Shown here: positions 9,242 to 17,749 of the stretch, in pieces | Layout: each line of letters opens with the position of its first letter | How positions within the stretch are numbered: the first letter of the stretch is position 1 | DNA from: a virus | Reading direction: 5' to 3' (one strand) | Virus record (IMG/VR): IMGVR_UViG_3300021420_000001 | Coordinates: 32,001 to 96,000 of that record | Length of the DNA: 64,000 bases | Position numbers and translations under genes: made by a program | Notes under the pieces: model-generated | What the model was told of the DNA's origin: nothing | Seen by the model: the letters and a program-made list of their open reading frames with translations, nothing else | The model's database searches: none

Positions 9242-11674
9242 CTAAGCCGCTACCGGCTCCTCCAAAAGGTTTCGCTTGAGCCTAATGTTAGTCATTTGCT
9301 TGATCTGTTCTTCTGCTGCCGCACCGTAGCGATGACGAATCATACCTAGGTAGACGGGAGATGTGAAATACACCTGGAAAGCCATATCGCGGAAGGCAAG
9401 GACCTGTTTGGCCGTAAGACTCTGCGTACTCAACGGAAGACAATCTTCTGAATGTTGTGCGTAGCCGCTCCAATTCTTGGGCAGCTCAATCCCAGTCTTG
9501 ACGGCTTCCTCGTATAGCTTGGAGCCAGGATATGCCATTGCCGAGTAGAAGTTGGCGTACTCGGTGTTCAGTTCCATTGCCAGCCTCAACGTCGCCTGCA
9601 TAGAAGGATAGTCATCATCAGGAAGCCCGAAAATATAATTCCCAATGACATTAATACCGGCCCGTTGAATATTCCGTACAACATCCACAATGTCATCATT
9701 CTTGAGTGCCTTCTGGGCTCCATCGCGGACGTGCTTGGAACCGGACTCGATCCCGAGTGCTAGCCAGCGGAAGCCCGCCTGCCTAAGCATTTCCAATGTA
9801 TGGGGCTTGACGGTATCGATCCGCGCGTACGCCCACACATTGATCTCTTTGCCGAGTCCGGTCGCGATCAGCTGCTTGGCAATTGCCGTATAGTGACGTT
9901 CATTGAGCACGAACATCTCATCGACGATCTTGAAGGTCTTGACACCGTAACGGGCATTAAGCATGACCATCTCGTTGACGACTTCGGTCGAGTCGCGCAT
10001 CCGGTAAACGTTATTACCGAAAGGAGCCGATATGCAACAGAAACTACAATTTTTGACAAGAACGTTGTTCGCGTAAAACCATCCCGTAGCTGGAACCGTC
10101 AGACAGTAGACATCATGTACACCCTTCAGGGGCGTAACCGACACCACCCGATGATTGATCAGCTTCCCATCTTCCTGTTTATTTTTCCATGGATTGAAAT
10201 TACGGCGGCCTGCAAAATCCTTTGCATGCTTTGCCTCTACGCTTCGATAAGCCCGACCAGTCTCATGATCTGTCCACCAGCGACGTCTCACTTCTTCACG
10301 TTTTTTAGCTGCTATACGCAACTTCGCAATATAAGCAGGATCGGCTGCACGCTTCTGAGCAGCCTTACGATAATTTTCAATGGATTTTGCAGAACGTGTT
10401 AATCCTGTTAAGCCTTTTGTAATTTTAGCGCGCCATTCGGGGGTCATGTTTTTAGCGGGATTATTTGTTCGCATCCGTTCCCCAATTTCAGGATGCTGAG
10501 AAAAATGCTCTAAGGCTGATGCGTAATACTCAAGGTTATTGGGATGATCATTTGTAGAATCGTGATCTACGTGATGTACATGCTCTGTCTTTTTAAGTCG
10601 ACGTTTAATCAAATATTCCATGATCATCCGAGAACGGACCTGCCGCCCACGTCCACTCCAATTAACATATATACGTTCTACGTAAGAATTATACTCAAAT
10701 CGAAGGGCACGAACATGCGCACCCTCAACAAGATTTTGAGCTTCGCATGCCCATTGTTTTCCCTTAGCTTTTGTTTGCCCCCACTTGAACTGAAGGAACT
10801 TGTGATCAGGGGTACAATCAATATGGGTTCCATCATCAAAACGAACCCGAACGAGTTTCGACTTTCCATACTTTCGAATATGGATAGAGTCCGTAATGTA
10901 TGCTCGCTTTGATTCAGGATCAAAGGTGTATATAGGAACTCCCTTGTCACCAAAACGTTTTACGAGTTCTCGTATTGGAATATTCCCATAAATCGTATTT
11001 ACAGGAGTATCTCCTGCTAAACATTTAAAAGGGCAATTTAACGTGGTGTGAATAGAAGCGTACGGTTGGCGAGATGATCCGTCCAAAACCTGCCAATTGT
11101 GACTTCGGTACTTGTTCATTGGGAGCAAGTCCCAGGCGTTACCGTGCAAGTGCTTCATATCAATTAGAGGGGCGGACGGGTTGAGATAAACATTATCACC
11201 GTCACGCCAAACGAGGCCAGGGATGTCGTCTTGGTCTTGTCCCGTAAGCAAGCCTAAGATGGTAACCGGACCCTCACCAACACAGGCATAGTCAATCGAT
11301 TCCTCCTGCATCGTTCGCTGGGGAAGGGCTGAGACATGTCCGCCAACCATGATGATCGGAGATTCTACAGCTAGCCGTTTGATTGCTTTAGAAATAGCGC
11401 CAGCTCCTGGCATTTGTTGCGTAGAAGCTGATGGCTGATGCCCATAAGCTGCGATGCAAACTAGACGAGCCCGTGCCGCTAAGATGCAGGCTGCGACCTC
11501 TGAAGGAGAGAAACCTTCGGCTTCAGCGTCCAAAATCTTGACTTCAAACCCACGGTCACGAATATAGCCGGCGATCAGGCGTGCCCACATAGGGGGTTCA
11601 CAGGCGACGAGGTTCTGATCCAGGTCGCCGTAAGCAGTTGTGCTCGGCGGATTGACGATCAACAAATCAAGCAT
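9242..11674 (-). CDS. Cobalamin-dependent radical SAM enzyme (class B methyltransferase-like), intein-containing
   Basis: B12-binding N-domain (LLIVNPP, VKILDAEAE, IMVGGHVSALP, GEG). The CxxxCxxC motif is CPFK|CSFC after intein removal. Also FKIVDEMF, LGIESGS, YIFGLPDD, YPGSKLY. Spliced product 485 aa. Confidence 0.9.
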   Translation of the reverse strand: MLDLLIVNPPSTTAYGDLDQNLVACEPPMWARLIAGYIRDRGFEVKILDAEAEGFSPSEVAACILAARARLVCIAAYGHQPSASTQQMPGAGAISKAIKRLAVESPIIMVGGHVSALPQRTMQEESIDYACVGEGPVTILGLLTGQDQDDIPGLVWRDGDNVYLNPSAPLIDMKHLHGNAWDLLPMNKYRSHNWQVLDGSSRQPYASIHTTLNCPFKCLAGDTPVNTIYGNIPIRELVKRFGDKGVPIYTFDPESKRAYITDSIHIRKYGKSKLVRVRFDDGTHIDCTPDHKFLQFKWGQTKAKGKQWACEAQNLVEGAHVRALRFEYNSYVERIYVNWSGRGRQVRSRMIMEYLIKRRLKKTEHVHHVDHDSTNDHPNNLEYYASALEHFSQHPEIGERMRTNNPAKNMTPEWRAKITKGLTGLTRSAKSIENYRKAAQKRAADPAYIAKLRIAAKKREEVRRRWWTDHETGRAYRSVEAKHAKDFAGRRNFNPWKNKQEDGKLINHRVVSVTPLKGVHDVYCLTVPATGWFYANNVLVKNCSFCCISAPFGNNVYRMRDSTEVVNEMVMLNARYGVKTFKIVDEMFVLNERHYTAIAKQLIATGLGKEINVWAYARIDTVKPHTLEMLRQAGFRWLALGIESGSKHVRDGAQKALKNDDIVDVVRNIQRAGINVIGNYIFGLPDDDYPSMQATLRLAMELNTEYANFYSAMAYPGSKLYEEAVKTGIELPKNWSGYAQHSEDCLPLSTQSLTAKQVLAFRDMAFQVYFTSPVYLGMIRHRYGAAAEEQIKQMTNIRLKRNLLEEPVAA
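10049..11023 (-). mobile_element. Intein (325 aa) with HNH endonuclease and NUMOD3-like segment
   Basis: Starts CLAGDTPV, block B IDCTPDHKF, ends VYCLTVPATGWFYANNVLVKN followed by Cys+1. Internal HVHHVDHDSTNDHPNNL. Visibly AT-richer than the exteins. Confidence 0.93.
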
Positions 11675-11799
11675 TATACGTTTCCATACCTGGAATTTCT
11701 CAGCATTTTGTAGCCAAGGATCAGCTCTTTAATTCCGGCATCGAGCGAGTACTTAGGTCGCCATCCAGTGGCTTCAATCTTGGTATTGGAGACAATCAT
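11674..11799 (-). pseudogene. Displaced duplicate 3' end of the epimerase gene (41-aa mini-ORF)
   Basis: MIVSNTKIEATGWRPKYSLDAGIKELILGYKMLRNSRYGNV* aligns without gaps to the epimerase C-terminus VVSNAKIEATGWRPKWTLDKGIEELIKGYCMLRNTVHGNI*. Confidence 0.9.
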
Positions 11800-12272
11800 G
11801 GATGCTTTTCCGGGGGCCAACGATTGCCACTTTTAATTGAACAAATATGTGCGTAATGAACTCCAAATCGACGGCTGAGCGCCATCATACCTTCTTTACT
11901 TGCCCTAATATAATCAACAATTTCCCACGTCAGTTTGGCTCTAGCATTCTGCTCGCCCGGTTGCGACTTAGCAGCGCCGTTTGTACGACCCTTACGAGCA
12001 CAATCAGACATATTATCCAAGTGCGTTCCTAAAAATAAATGACTTGGTCGAACACAACTTGGATTGTCACAGGTATGACAAACTTCTAATCCTTTTGGGA
12101 TAGCGCCAAAGTGCAATTCCCAACAAAAGCGATGAGCTTTCTTTTGTACGCCAGCAATCTTTATCGCCCCATAATCACCGTTCTTAGACAGATCCCAAAA
12201 CCAACATTTACGGGTCTTAATAACATGCCGCCAAAACCGTTGAACGGGAGTTTCGTCTGGCCAACGAGACAT
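11796..12272 (-). CDS. Free-standing HNH homing endonuclease
   Basis: RFWRHV..CWFW..YG..AHR..VCHTCDNPSCVRPSHLFLGTHLDNMSD..KGR, then GEQNARAKLT and a C-terminal HTH. Likely start is ATG 12272 (TAATG overlap). Confidence 0.92.
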   Translation of the reverse strand: MSRWPDETPVQRFWRHVIKTRKCWFWDLSKNGDYGAIKIAGVQKKAHRFCWELHFGAIPKGLEVCHTCDNPSCVRPSHLFLGTHLDNMSDCARKGRTNGAAKSQPGEQNARAKLTWEIVDYIRASKEGMMALSRRFGVHYAHICSIKSGNRWPPEKHP

Positions 12273-13204
12273 TAGATATTTCCGTGAACCGTATTGCGAA
12301 GCATACAATAACCCTTAATCAATTCCTCAATTCCTTTGTCCAAAGTCCATTTTGGCCTCCACCCAGTAGCTTCAATTTTAGCATTTGAAACTACATAATT
12401 CCTTTTATCCAGGTCTTCTCCAATAGGAGATTCAAGGAAGACGAAGTTGGGCACGTGAGTCTTAATTCTTTCGCATAATTCGCGCTTAGACAGGTTTGCG
12501 TCGGATAAACCCACATTGTAAATCTGACCCTTCATCTTACCGAAACGATAGAGCCCTTGCAGGAATGCAGCAGCGGCATCTCTAATGTGGATGTAGTTGC
12601 GTTTGAAATCCGCCTCGAAAAGTACTACCGTCCTATCGTGTACGGCACGATATACAAAATCGTTAACCAGCAAATCGATACGCATACGGGGAGACATACC
12701 GAAGACAGTCGCGAGTCGGAAACTGATACTGTTCTCGCGTTCCATCACAATCTTTTCGGCATCGACCTTGGTCTGACCGTAAAGACTGATGGGCTTGAGT
12801 GGACTCTCCTCGGTACATTCCTTACCCGGTTCCCCGATACCATAACCGCTATTCGAGATCGGAATCAAGACAATTTGTTCTTTGCTCATATGCGAGATTG
12901 CAGTCTGGACGGCACCGACATTGGTACTCGTAGCCGCCAATTGATCTCGATCACAGAGTGGCGCACCGACAAGAGCGGCTAGTGGAATGAAGACGTCGTT
13001 GACTTTTAGCTCTGACTCCAGAATGCGATAGTCTCTTGCATCCCCATTGATAACTTCAAAATGGGGGCTGGAACAAAGGGCGTTTAGCGGGGCTTGGCCA
13101 AACAGAAAGTTGTCAATGACGGTAACCCGATGCCCGTCAGCAAGAAGGGCTGGAACGAGGATACTTCCGAGATATCCCGCTCCCCCGGAAACCAGTACCC
13201 TCAT
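12272..13204 (-). CDS. NAD-dependent epimerase/dehydratase/reductase (extended SDR)
   Basis: VSGGAGYLGS Rossmann motif, YGQTK (YxxxK), FRLATVFGMSPRMRIDLLVNDF. Confidence 0.92.
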   Translation of the reverse strand: MRVLVSGGAGYLGSILVPALLADGHRVTVIDNFLFGQAPLNALCSSPHFEVINGDARDYRILESELKVNDVFIPLAALVGAPLCDRDQLAATSTNVGAVQTAISHMSKEQIVLIPISNSGYGIGEPGKECTEESPLKPISLYGQTKVDAEKIVMERENSISFRLATVFGMSPRMRIDLLVNDFVYRAVHDRTVVLFEADFKRNYIHIRDAAAAFLQGLYRFGKMKGQIYNVGLSDANLSKRELCERIKTHVPNFVFLESPIGEDLDKRNYVVSNAKIEATGWRPKWTLDKGIEELIKGYCMLRNTVHGNI

Positions 13205-13479
13205 CCAGAAACTCCCAAGAACTCTTCCTTTATGATTGAAGGTTCACAATGTCGACGCCTAATATCAAATCCGCGGCGCTTTGTTACTGTGACGAGAAAT
13301 TCTCGTGAACCAATATCATCACTAAACAAAAGCTCGTAAGGAGTCTCTGGAATAAATTCTTTTGTCTTATCGACATCTCGTATATCTAAGGGAAGCCACG
13401 CAGCTTTCTCCGTCTCAAAAAGTAGACAAGCCCGGACCCCATTATCATCATAAGCAAAAATGCTGATGGTACGCTTCAT
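13201..13479 (-). CDS. Hypothetical protein
   Basis: Likely start MKRTISIF with AGAGGG upstream; stop overlaps the epimerase start. Confidence 0.5.
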   Translation of the reverse strand: MKRTISIFAYDDNGVRACLLFETEKAAWLPLDIRDVDKTKEFIPETPYELLFSDDIGSREFLVTVTKRRGFDIRRRHCEPSIIKEEFLGVSG

Positions 13480-13523
13480 GCTACAACCCTCTTTATGCCA
13501 GCCCCGCCACTCATCAGAATACG

Positions 13524-13982
13524 TTATCGGGCACGCTGCGGTCCTTGATTCTGATCTTGGTATTTTCCGTTGTATGGAATTTCCGTTGGCCGATCTAACT
13601 GATGAAAGATAACTTGGGCAATTGCCCATCCAGGCTCCATTTTCAGTAGCTCAAGATTATGATATGTAATTTCAAGCGTGAGGTATCCCCGCCAACCCGG
13701 CTCCAACACGGTATTTTGAACCAAAAGTCCACGACGCGCCAAAGAAGATTTATCATGCACTACACCAACAATGTTATCTGGCAAATTGAAACGTTCAAGA
13801 GCTGATGCTAAAACAAAACAACCATTATACAATGTAATTTGTTCCGCTAAAGTTATATCTACGCCACAAGCACTAAGTCCTATAGAATTACCAAAACCAT
13901 CTTTCGACGATTCGTTAAGCGGACTTACTAAACCATTCCCACTTACACTAAACTGTCTGATTGTTTGGGCGCTAAGAACCAA
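13524..13982 (-). CDS. dcd: dCTP deaminase / trimeric dUTPase superfamily
   Basis: VHDKSSLARRGL, NTVLEPGWRGYLTLEI, IAQVIFH, YNGKYQDQ. Confidence 0.88.
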   Translation of the reverse strand: MVLSAQTIRQFSVSGNGLVSPLNESSKDGFGNSIGLSACGVDITLAEQITLYNGCFVLASALERFNLPDNIVGVVHDKSSLARRGLLVQNTVLEPGWRGYLTLEITYHNLELLKMEPGWAIAQVIFHQLDRPTEIPYNGKYQDQNQGPQRAR

Positions 13983-13983
13983 G

Positions 13984-15135
13984 TTACACCAATACCTTCT
14001 TCATGATCTCGACCGCCCGACCAATCTGCTCCTCTATTGGGTACGGGGCGCAGCCGATGAAAAGTCCACAATCGTGGATACGATCCGCATTCGGCGTTTC
14101 GGCCTGAGACCGCCAGGGAGCCCCATAGGCGTGCTTGAGGAACGAGCCCCCCGTCGGTAAGCGCGAGTCAATCCCCGCGTCAGCGAGCTCCGCAACGAGT
14201 CTGGACCGCATTTCCGACGAAGAAACGGTGAGGGGGAGCCCAAACGGGCTGGGATCCATGCTCCGGCTGACCGGTAGTTTGATCGGGAGGTCTTTCGTCA
14301 AGTCTCGGAACAGGGCTAGATTACGTTGGCGGGCGACGATGAAGCCCTTGAGCTTCTTCAACTGCTCCCGCGCGATAGCGGCATGCATTTCCAAGGGACG
14401 GAGGTTGTATCCGAAGTGGGTAAAGTTGTAGCTGTCCTCGAAGGTCTTCGGTGGATCGACGTCGCGGGTCCAACCATGGGCCCGGAGAATGCGACAGAGC
14501 CTAGCGCACTCAGCATCATTTGTAAGTACGAGACCTCCTTCTACAGCACTGATCTGATGCGAATGAAAGAAGGAGAACGAATTCATTAGGCCAAGGGTGC
14601 CACAGAGATCGTTGCCGTAGTAGGCACCCAGGCTTTCGCAGTTGTCTTCGATGAAGTAGCCACCGTGGGACTCGATTGCGACCTTCAGGAAGTTCAGTGG
14701 CGCGGGGTTGCCAAGAATTGAACAACCAACCACCAACTGAGAGCCAGTAACATCAGGTAGCCCAGAACACCAAGTATTATCGCAGTCCTCAATTTTGAGG
14801 CGAAGTCCCGCGTTAACAAGCGGAGCATACGTGGTACTCCAAGCTAGGGCCGGGACGATAACCTGATCCCCACGCTTGAGGGGGTGTTCCTTTTTGGCGA
14901 AGAGTGCCGCAACCATCAACAGATTGGCAGATGATCCGCTATTGCACATAATGCCGTACTTCATCTTGTGAAAGCCGGCGAACTCCTCTTCGAACTGCTC
15001 GACCTCTGGACCCATTGTAAAGCGGTCAGAGGCGATAACCCGATGAATCGCAGTCTTCTCGCGCTCGTCCCAGGACGAAAATGCGGTCGGATACCAAAAT
15101 CCCTTATTCCAAGGCTTGACTACGACGTCGTGCAC
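13984..15135 (-). CDS. DegT/DnrJ-family PLP enzyme, ColD-like NDP-4-keto-6-deoxyhexose 3-dehydratase
   Basis: NSGSSANLL, VPALAWSTTYAP, EDNCESLG, SFFHSHQISAVEGG (His where aminotransferases have Lys), AHGWTRD, GYNLRP. Confidence 0.88.
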   Translation of the reverse strand: MHDVVVKPWNKGFWYPTAFSSWDEREKTAIHRVIASDRFTMGPEVEQFEEEFAGFHKMKYGIMCNSGSSANLLMVAALFAKKEHPLKRGDQVIVPALAWSTTYAPLVNAGLRLKIEDCDNTWCSGLPDVTGSQLVVGCSILGNPAPLNFLKVAIESHGGYFIEDNCESLGAYYGNDLCGTLGLMNSFSFFHSHQISAVEGGLVLTNDAECARLCRILRAHGWTRDVDPPKTFEDSYNFTHFGYNLRPLEMHAAIAREQLKKLKGFIVARQRNLALFRDLTKDLPIKLPVSRSMDPSPFGLPLTVSSSEMRSRLVAELADAGIDSRLPTGGSFLKHAYGAPWRSQAETPNADRIHDCGLFIGCAPYPIEEQIGRAVEIMKKVLV

Positions 15136-15377
15136 GATGTCCTCTTACGTTTACGTTTACTATACGGTGCGGATTGACGCCGGGCTCTCTTTGGTCGAAT
15201 CAAAGCCTGAACCTTGGCTCGGGCTTCGTTCACACAAGGAATGCAAAAATAATGCGTAACCCGATTTTTGTCGCGTCGAACCCCGGCCATAGTCTTTTGG
15301 TGAATTGGACACCAGGGCACGATACGTCCTGAATTAAGTGGTGGGATTTCTGTAGGCTCCCACCCGGCCTTGGTCAT
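15120..15377 (-). CDS. Small basic Cys-containing hypothetical protein
   Basis: 85 aa; CPIH and CIPC. Confidence 0.5.
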   Translation of the reverse strand: MTKAGWEPTEIPPLNSGRIVPWCPIHQKTMAGVRRDKNRVTHYFCIPCVNEARAKVQALIRPKRARRQSAPYSKRKRKRTSCTTS

Positions 15378-15517
15378 CTCTAAATCCCCTTAGCTGGCAG
15401 GGTCGGCTATGACCATCACCTTAGCCGCCGTGAAGGGGTAGTCGGTATTAGGCCGTAAATCCGGGTTTCATTTCTAGGCTGGTGCCTCCTCTGGTTGAGG
15501 GTGGGAAGGTCTGCAAA

Positions 15518-16081
15518 TCAACCATACTGAGAAAGTTGCTCGATGCACAACGTAGAGCCCTCTCGATTTAACGCATCTCGATACAAAGGCATGACATCCT
15601 GCGCATGGTCGATATTGACGACCACTATGGTCTGTAACATAGCGCGGAATGCTGCAGAAAAGTCTCCCAAATGCTGGTGCCCAGGATCGAGAGGTCTGTC
15701 CGTTGCGATTGCGGTACGGATGATGACTTTGGGACGATAGGCTGAGTAGCGTGGGATGGCATCTAGGTGAAGTACAAGTTGACTCATTGCCAATAGCAAA
15801 AAGTTCACGCGCGGATAGATACAAATGGGCAGGTCACCATTCAGGGAGGCCCCAATTGCAGCACCAAGTTGCATATCCTCAGCGACGGGCCACTCGATTC
15901 GCCTATGCATTGGAACATTACGCAAAGCGTTGAACATCGCAGTACCCGGAAATTGTACCGCCTGACCCAGAAAGACAGAACGCGGATGCTGAGACAGCAT
16001 CTCCATTGCTTTACAGAGTTCAGAGAAGTATGCCGTCTCCGGCTGCTGCGTAGGGGCGACGCGGACGCTTGGCACTGACAA
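15518..16081 (-). CDS. TPP-dependent enzyme, E1-beta/transketolase pyrimidine-binding domain (short)
   Basis: SVFLGQAV, EWPVAEDMQLGAAIGASLNG, IYPRVNFLLLAMSQLV, PGHQH. Confidence 0.87.
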   Translation of the reverse strand: MSVPSVRVAPTQQPETAYFSELCKAMEMLSQHPRSVFLGQAVQFPGTAMFNALRNVPMHRRIEWPVAEDMQLGAAIGASLNGDLPICIYPRVNFLLLAMSQLVLHLDAIPRYSAYRPKVIIRTAIATDRPLDPGHQHLGDFSAAFRAMLQTIVVVNIDHAQDVMPLYRDALNREGSTLCIEQLSQYG

Positions 16082-16090
16082 GGGTTGATC

Positions 16091-16681
16091 CTAGAAGTTG
16101 ACGCGGACGCCAGCCCCACTATGGGGCCAAGGCAATTTGTAGTGGAACGCAAGCACACCAGGAGCGTCAGCCTTGAACGGGTCGCCCCAAGTTTCCTGGG
16201 TTGGGGTACACACCGACTTGCCATTGTCCTCGATCACAAAGTCAAGGGGTAAATTGTGTCCTTGCGAATAGACAACGCACTCAGTGAACATCCCAGTAGC
16301 GGAAGTCATGTCCCCAACGAAGCACCAGACCCGATTCTTGCCGCCCGCTCGTTTGATGGACCAGGCAATCCCAAGAGCAATCGGCAAAATGCCTCCGACA
16401 ATTGCGGAGGATATTATGCGACGTTCAGGATAACAAAGCGTAATAGACTTTCCCGCGAGGATGTCTCGCTTAAGTATTTCAGGCGGGACGCCGTGCAGTA
16501 AACATTTGTAGTGACTTCTCCAGGAGCAACAAACCCAATCGTCCGGGTAGACCTGTTTGAAGATTTTGATGAGTTGTTCTTCATTCCCCCCATCCAAATG
16601 TATTGGGGCTCTAATATGCCCCGCATTGAATTCGGCAGCGATGTCTTTTTCGAACGCGATGAGCTCTTCAGCGGAAAGCAT
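16091..16681 (-). CDS. TPP-dependent enzyme, E1-alpha-like (short)
   Basis: IRAPIHLDGGNE, WRSHY, SSAIVGG, FVGDM...VIEDN (variant TPP motif), PHSGAG. Confidence 0.88.
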   Translation of the reverse strand: MLSAEELIAFEKDIAAEFNAGHIRAPIHLDGGNEEQLIKIFKQVYPDDWVCCSWRSHYKCLLHGVPPEILKRDILAGKSITLCYPERRIISSAIVGGILPIALGIAWSIKRAGGKNRVWCFVGDMTSATGMFTECVVYSQGHNLPLDFVIEDNGKSVCTPTQETWGDPFKADAPGVLAFHYKLPWPHSGAGVRVNF

Positions 16682-16844
16682 AAACCACCAATCCAGTAAT
16701 AACCGACAAAACCAAACCCCAGATAAAACCCGTTCTAAGTCCCTCTATGTAACCCGATAGCCTAGCCGTAGAACGTAGATTACAAGGACAATGTTCCCAA
16801 TTTGGATAAGGGCAACGACCGCCAACAACGCATTCTTTCTGCAT

Positions 16845-17225
16845 TCAATTCAACTTATCGAATTTGACGACCGTCGGCTTCGGCTTATTCTCAGGATCAG
16901 ACTTGAAAAGCCAAGTCGTATAAGCATCCAGGTCTTCGCGGGTCAGAAAGAATTCCCATTGACCATCAAAACTTCCGTCCCCGTTAATCTCCGTAAGCAT
17001 ATCCGCAACGTCAAAAGCCATCAGTGCGGGCGGAAGGTTCTCAGCCTTGAGTTCGTCACTCCGATCGATCTTGATCAAAAGTATACCGGGTTCGAGGAAC
17101 TCTACGATCTCACCCCACTGGCTGTACTCGTTACCGCAATGAAAAACAAACTTGCCGACGAAGCTGTTGTTCATGAAAATACATTCCAATTGCCAAAGTC
17201 CTCGACAAGTTCTGCTGCAAAACAA
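16845..17225 (-). CDS. Hypothetical protein
   Basis: Acidic ORF in operon orientation; true start probably MNNSF. Confidence 0.55.
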   Translation of the reverse strand: MFCSRTCRGLWQLECIFMNNSFVGKFVFHCGNEYSQWGEIVEFLEPGILLIKIDRSDELKAENLPPALMAFDVADMLTEINGDGSFDGQWEFFLTREDLDAYTTWLFKSDPENKPKPTVVKFDKLN

Positions 17226-17749
17226 TCTACTTTGTAGTCTTTGCGCCCACCCGCTTCCTCGGCAAGGATATTCTTTGCCGAATTCCTGACGCCATTGATG
17301 CTATGCGTCAATTTGAGAAGCTTGTCCTGCTCGGGACCACCTTCCCGCGCGTGCGCCTCATTCTCCCAAATATATCGATTCGTAAGTTGTATTAATGTGA
17401 TCGCCATAATCGCACGGGCAGTCAACTTGTGGTCAAGCTCATTTAGGATGATGTCAATGTCATGAAGGATATCCGCGCGCTCTTGCAGATAGTGATCACG
17501 TTGTTTCGGGATGAACACCATTTTCTGTTGTGTGATCGTCAAGCGGTCGACCAAATCACTTAATGTCGGAAGATACCGGCGCTGCGGGATCTGATTTGGA
17601 ATAGAAACTACTGCAGCCGCTTGACGTGGTCGCTGGGATGGAAGGTCTCGTGTTTGGAATCCCGGAATTCCGGTCGTCACATCCTCAGGCACGTCGGCTC
17701 CAAATTCATCCACGATTGACCCCACTATGCAACTGCCTTCTGCTTCCAC
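17171..17749 (-). CDS. Helical protein (DUF6165/DUF4254-like), often adjacent to glycosyltransferases
   Basis: TLSDLVDRLTITQQK...TNRYIWENE...INGVRNSAKN pattern, recognised by eye. Confidence 0.55.
   Translation of the reverse strand: MEAEGSCIVGSIVDEFGADVPEDVTTGIPGFQTRDLPSQRPRQAAAVVSIPNQIPQRRYLPTLSDLVDRLTITQQKMVFIPKQRDHYLQERADILHDIDIILNELDHKLTARAIMAITLIQLTNRYIWENEAHAREGGPEQDKLLKLTHSINGVRNSAKNILAEEAGGRKDYKVDCFAAELVEDFGNWNVFS

Noticed and set aside
11796-12420. Group I intron carrying the HNH
   Set aside because: All junctions are overlapping start/stop codons, leaving no non-coding room for a ribozyme core, and the upstream gene is already complete.
13984-15135. Sugar aminotransferase (perosamine synthase-like)
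   Set aside because: The catalytic Lys position is His, which indicates the 3-dehydratase subgroup.
15518-16681. Pyruvate dehydrogenase E1 as an auxiliary metabolic gene
   Set aside because: Both chains are much shorter than PDH E1, there is no E2/E3, and the context is sugar-nucleotide enzymes.
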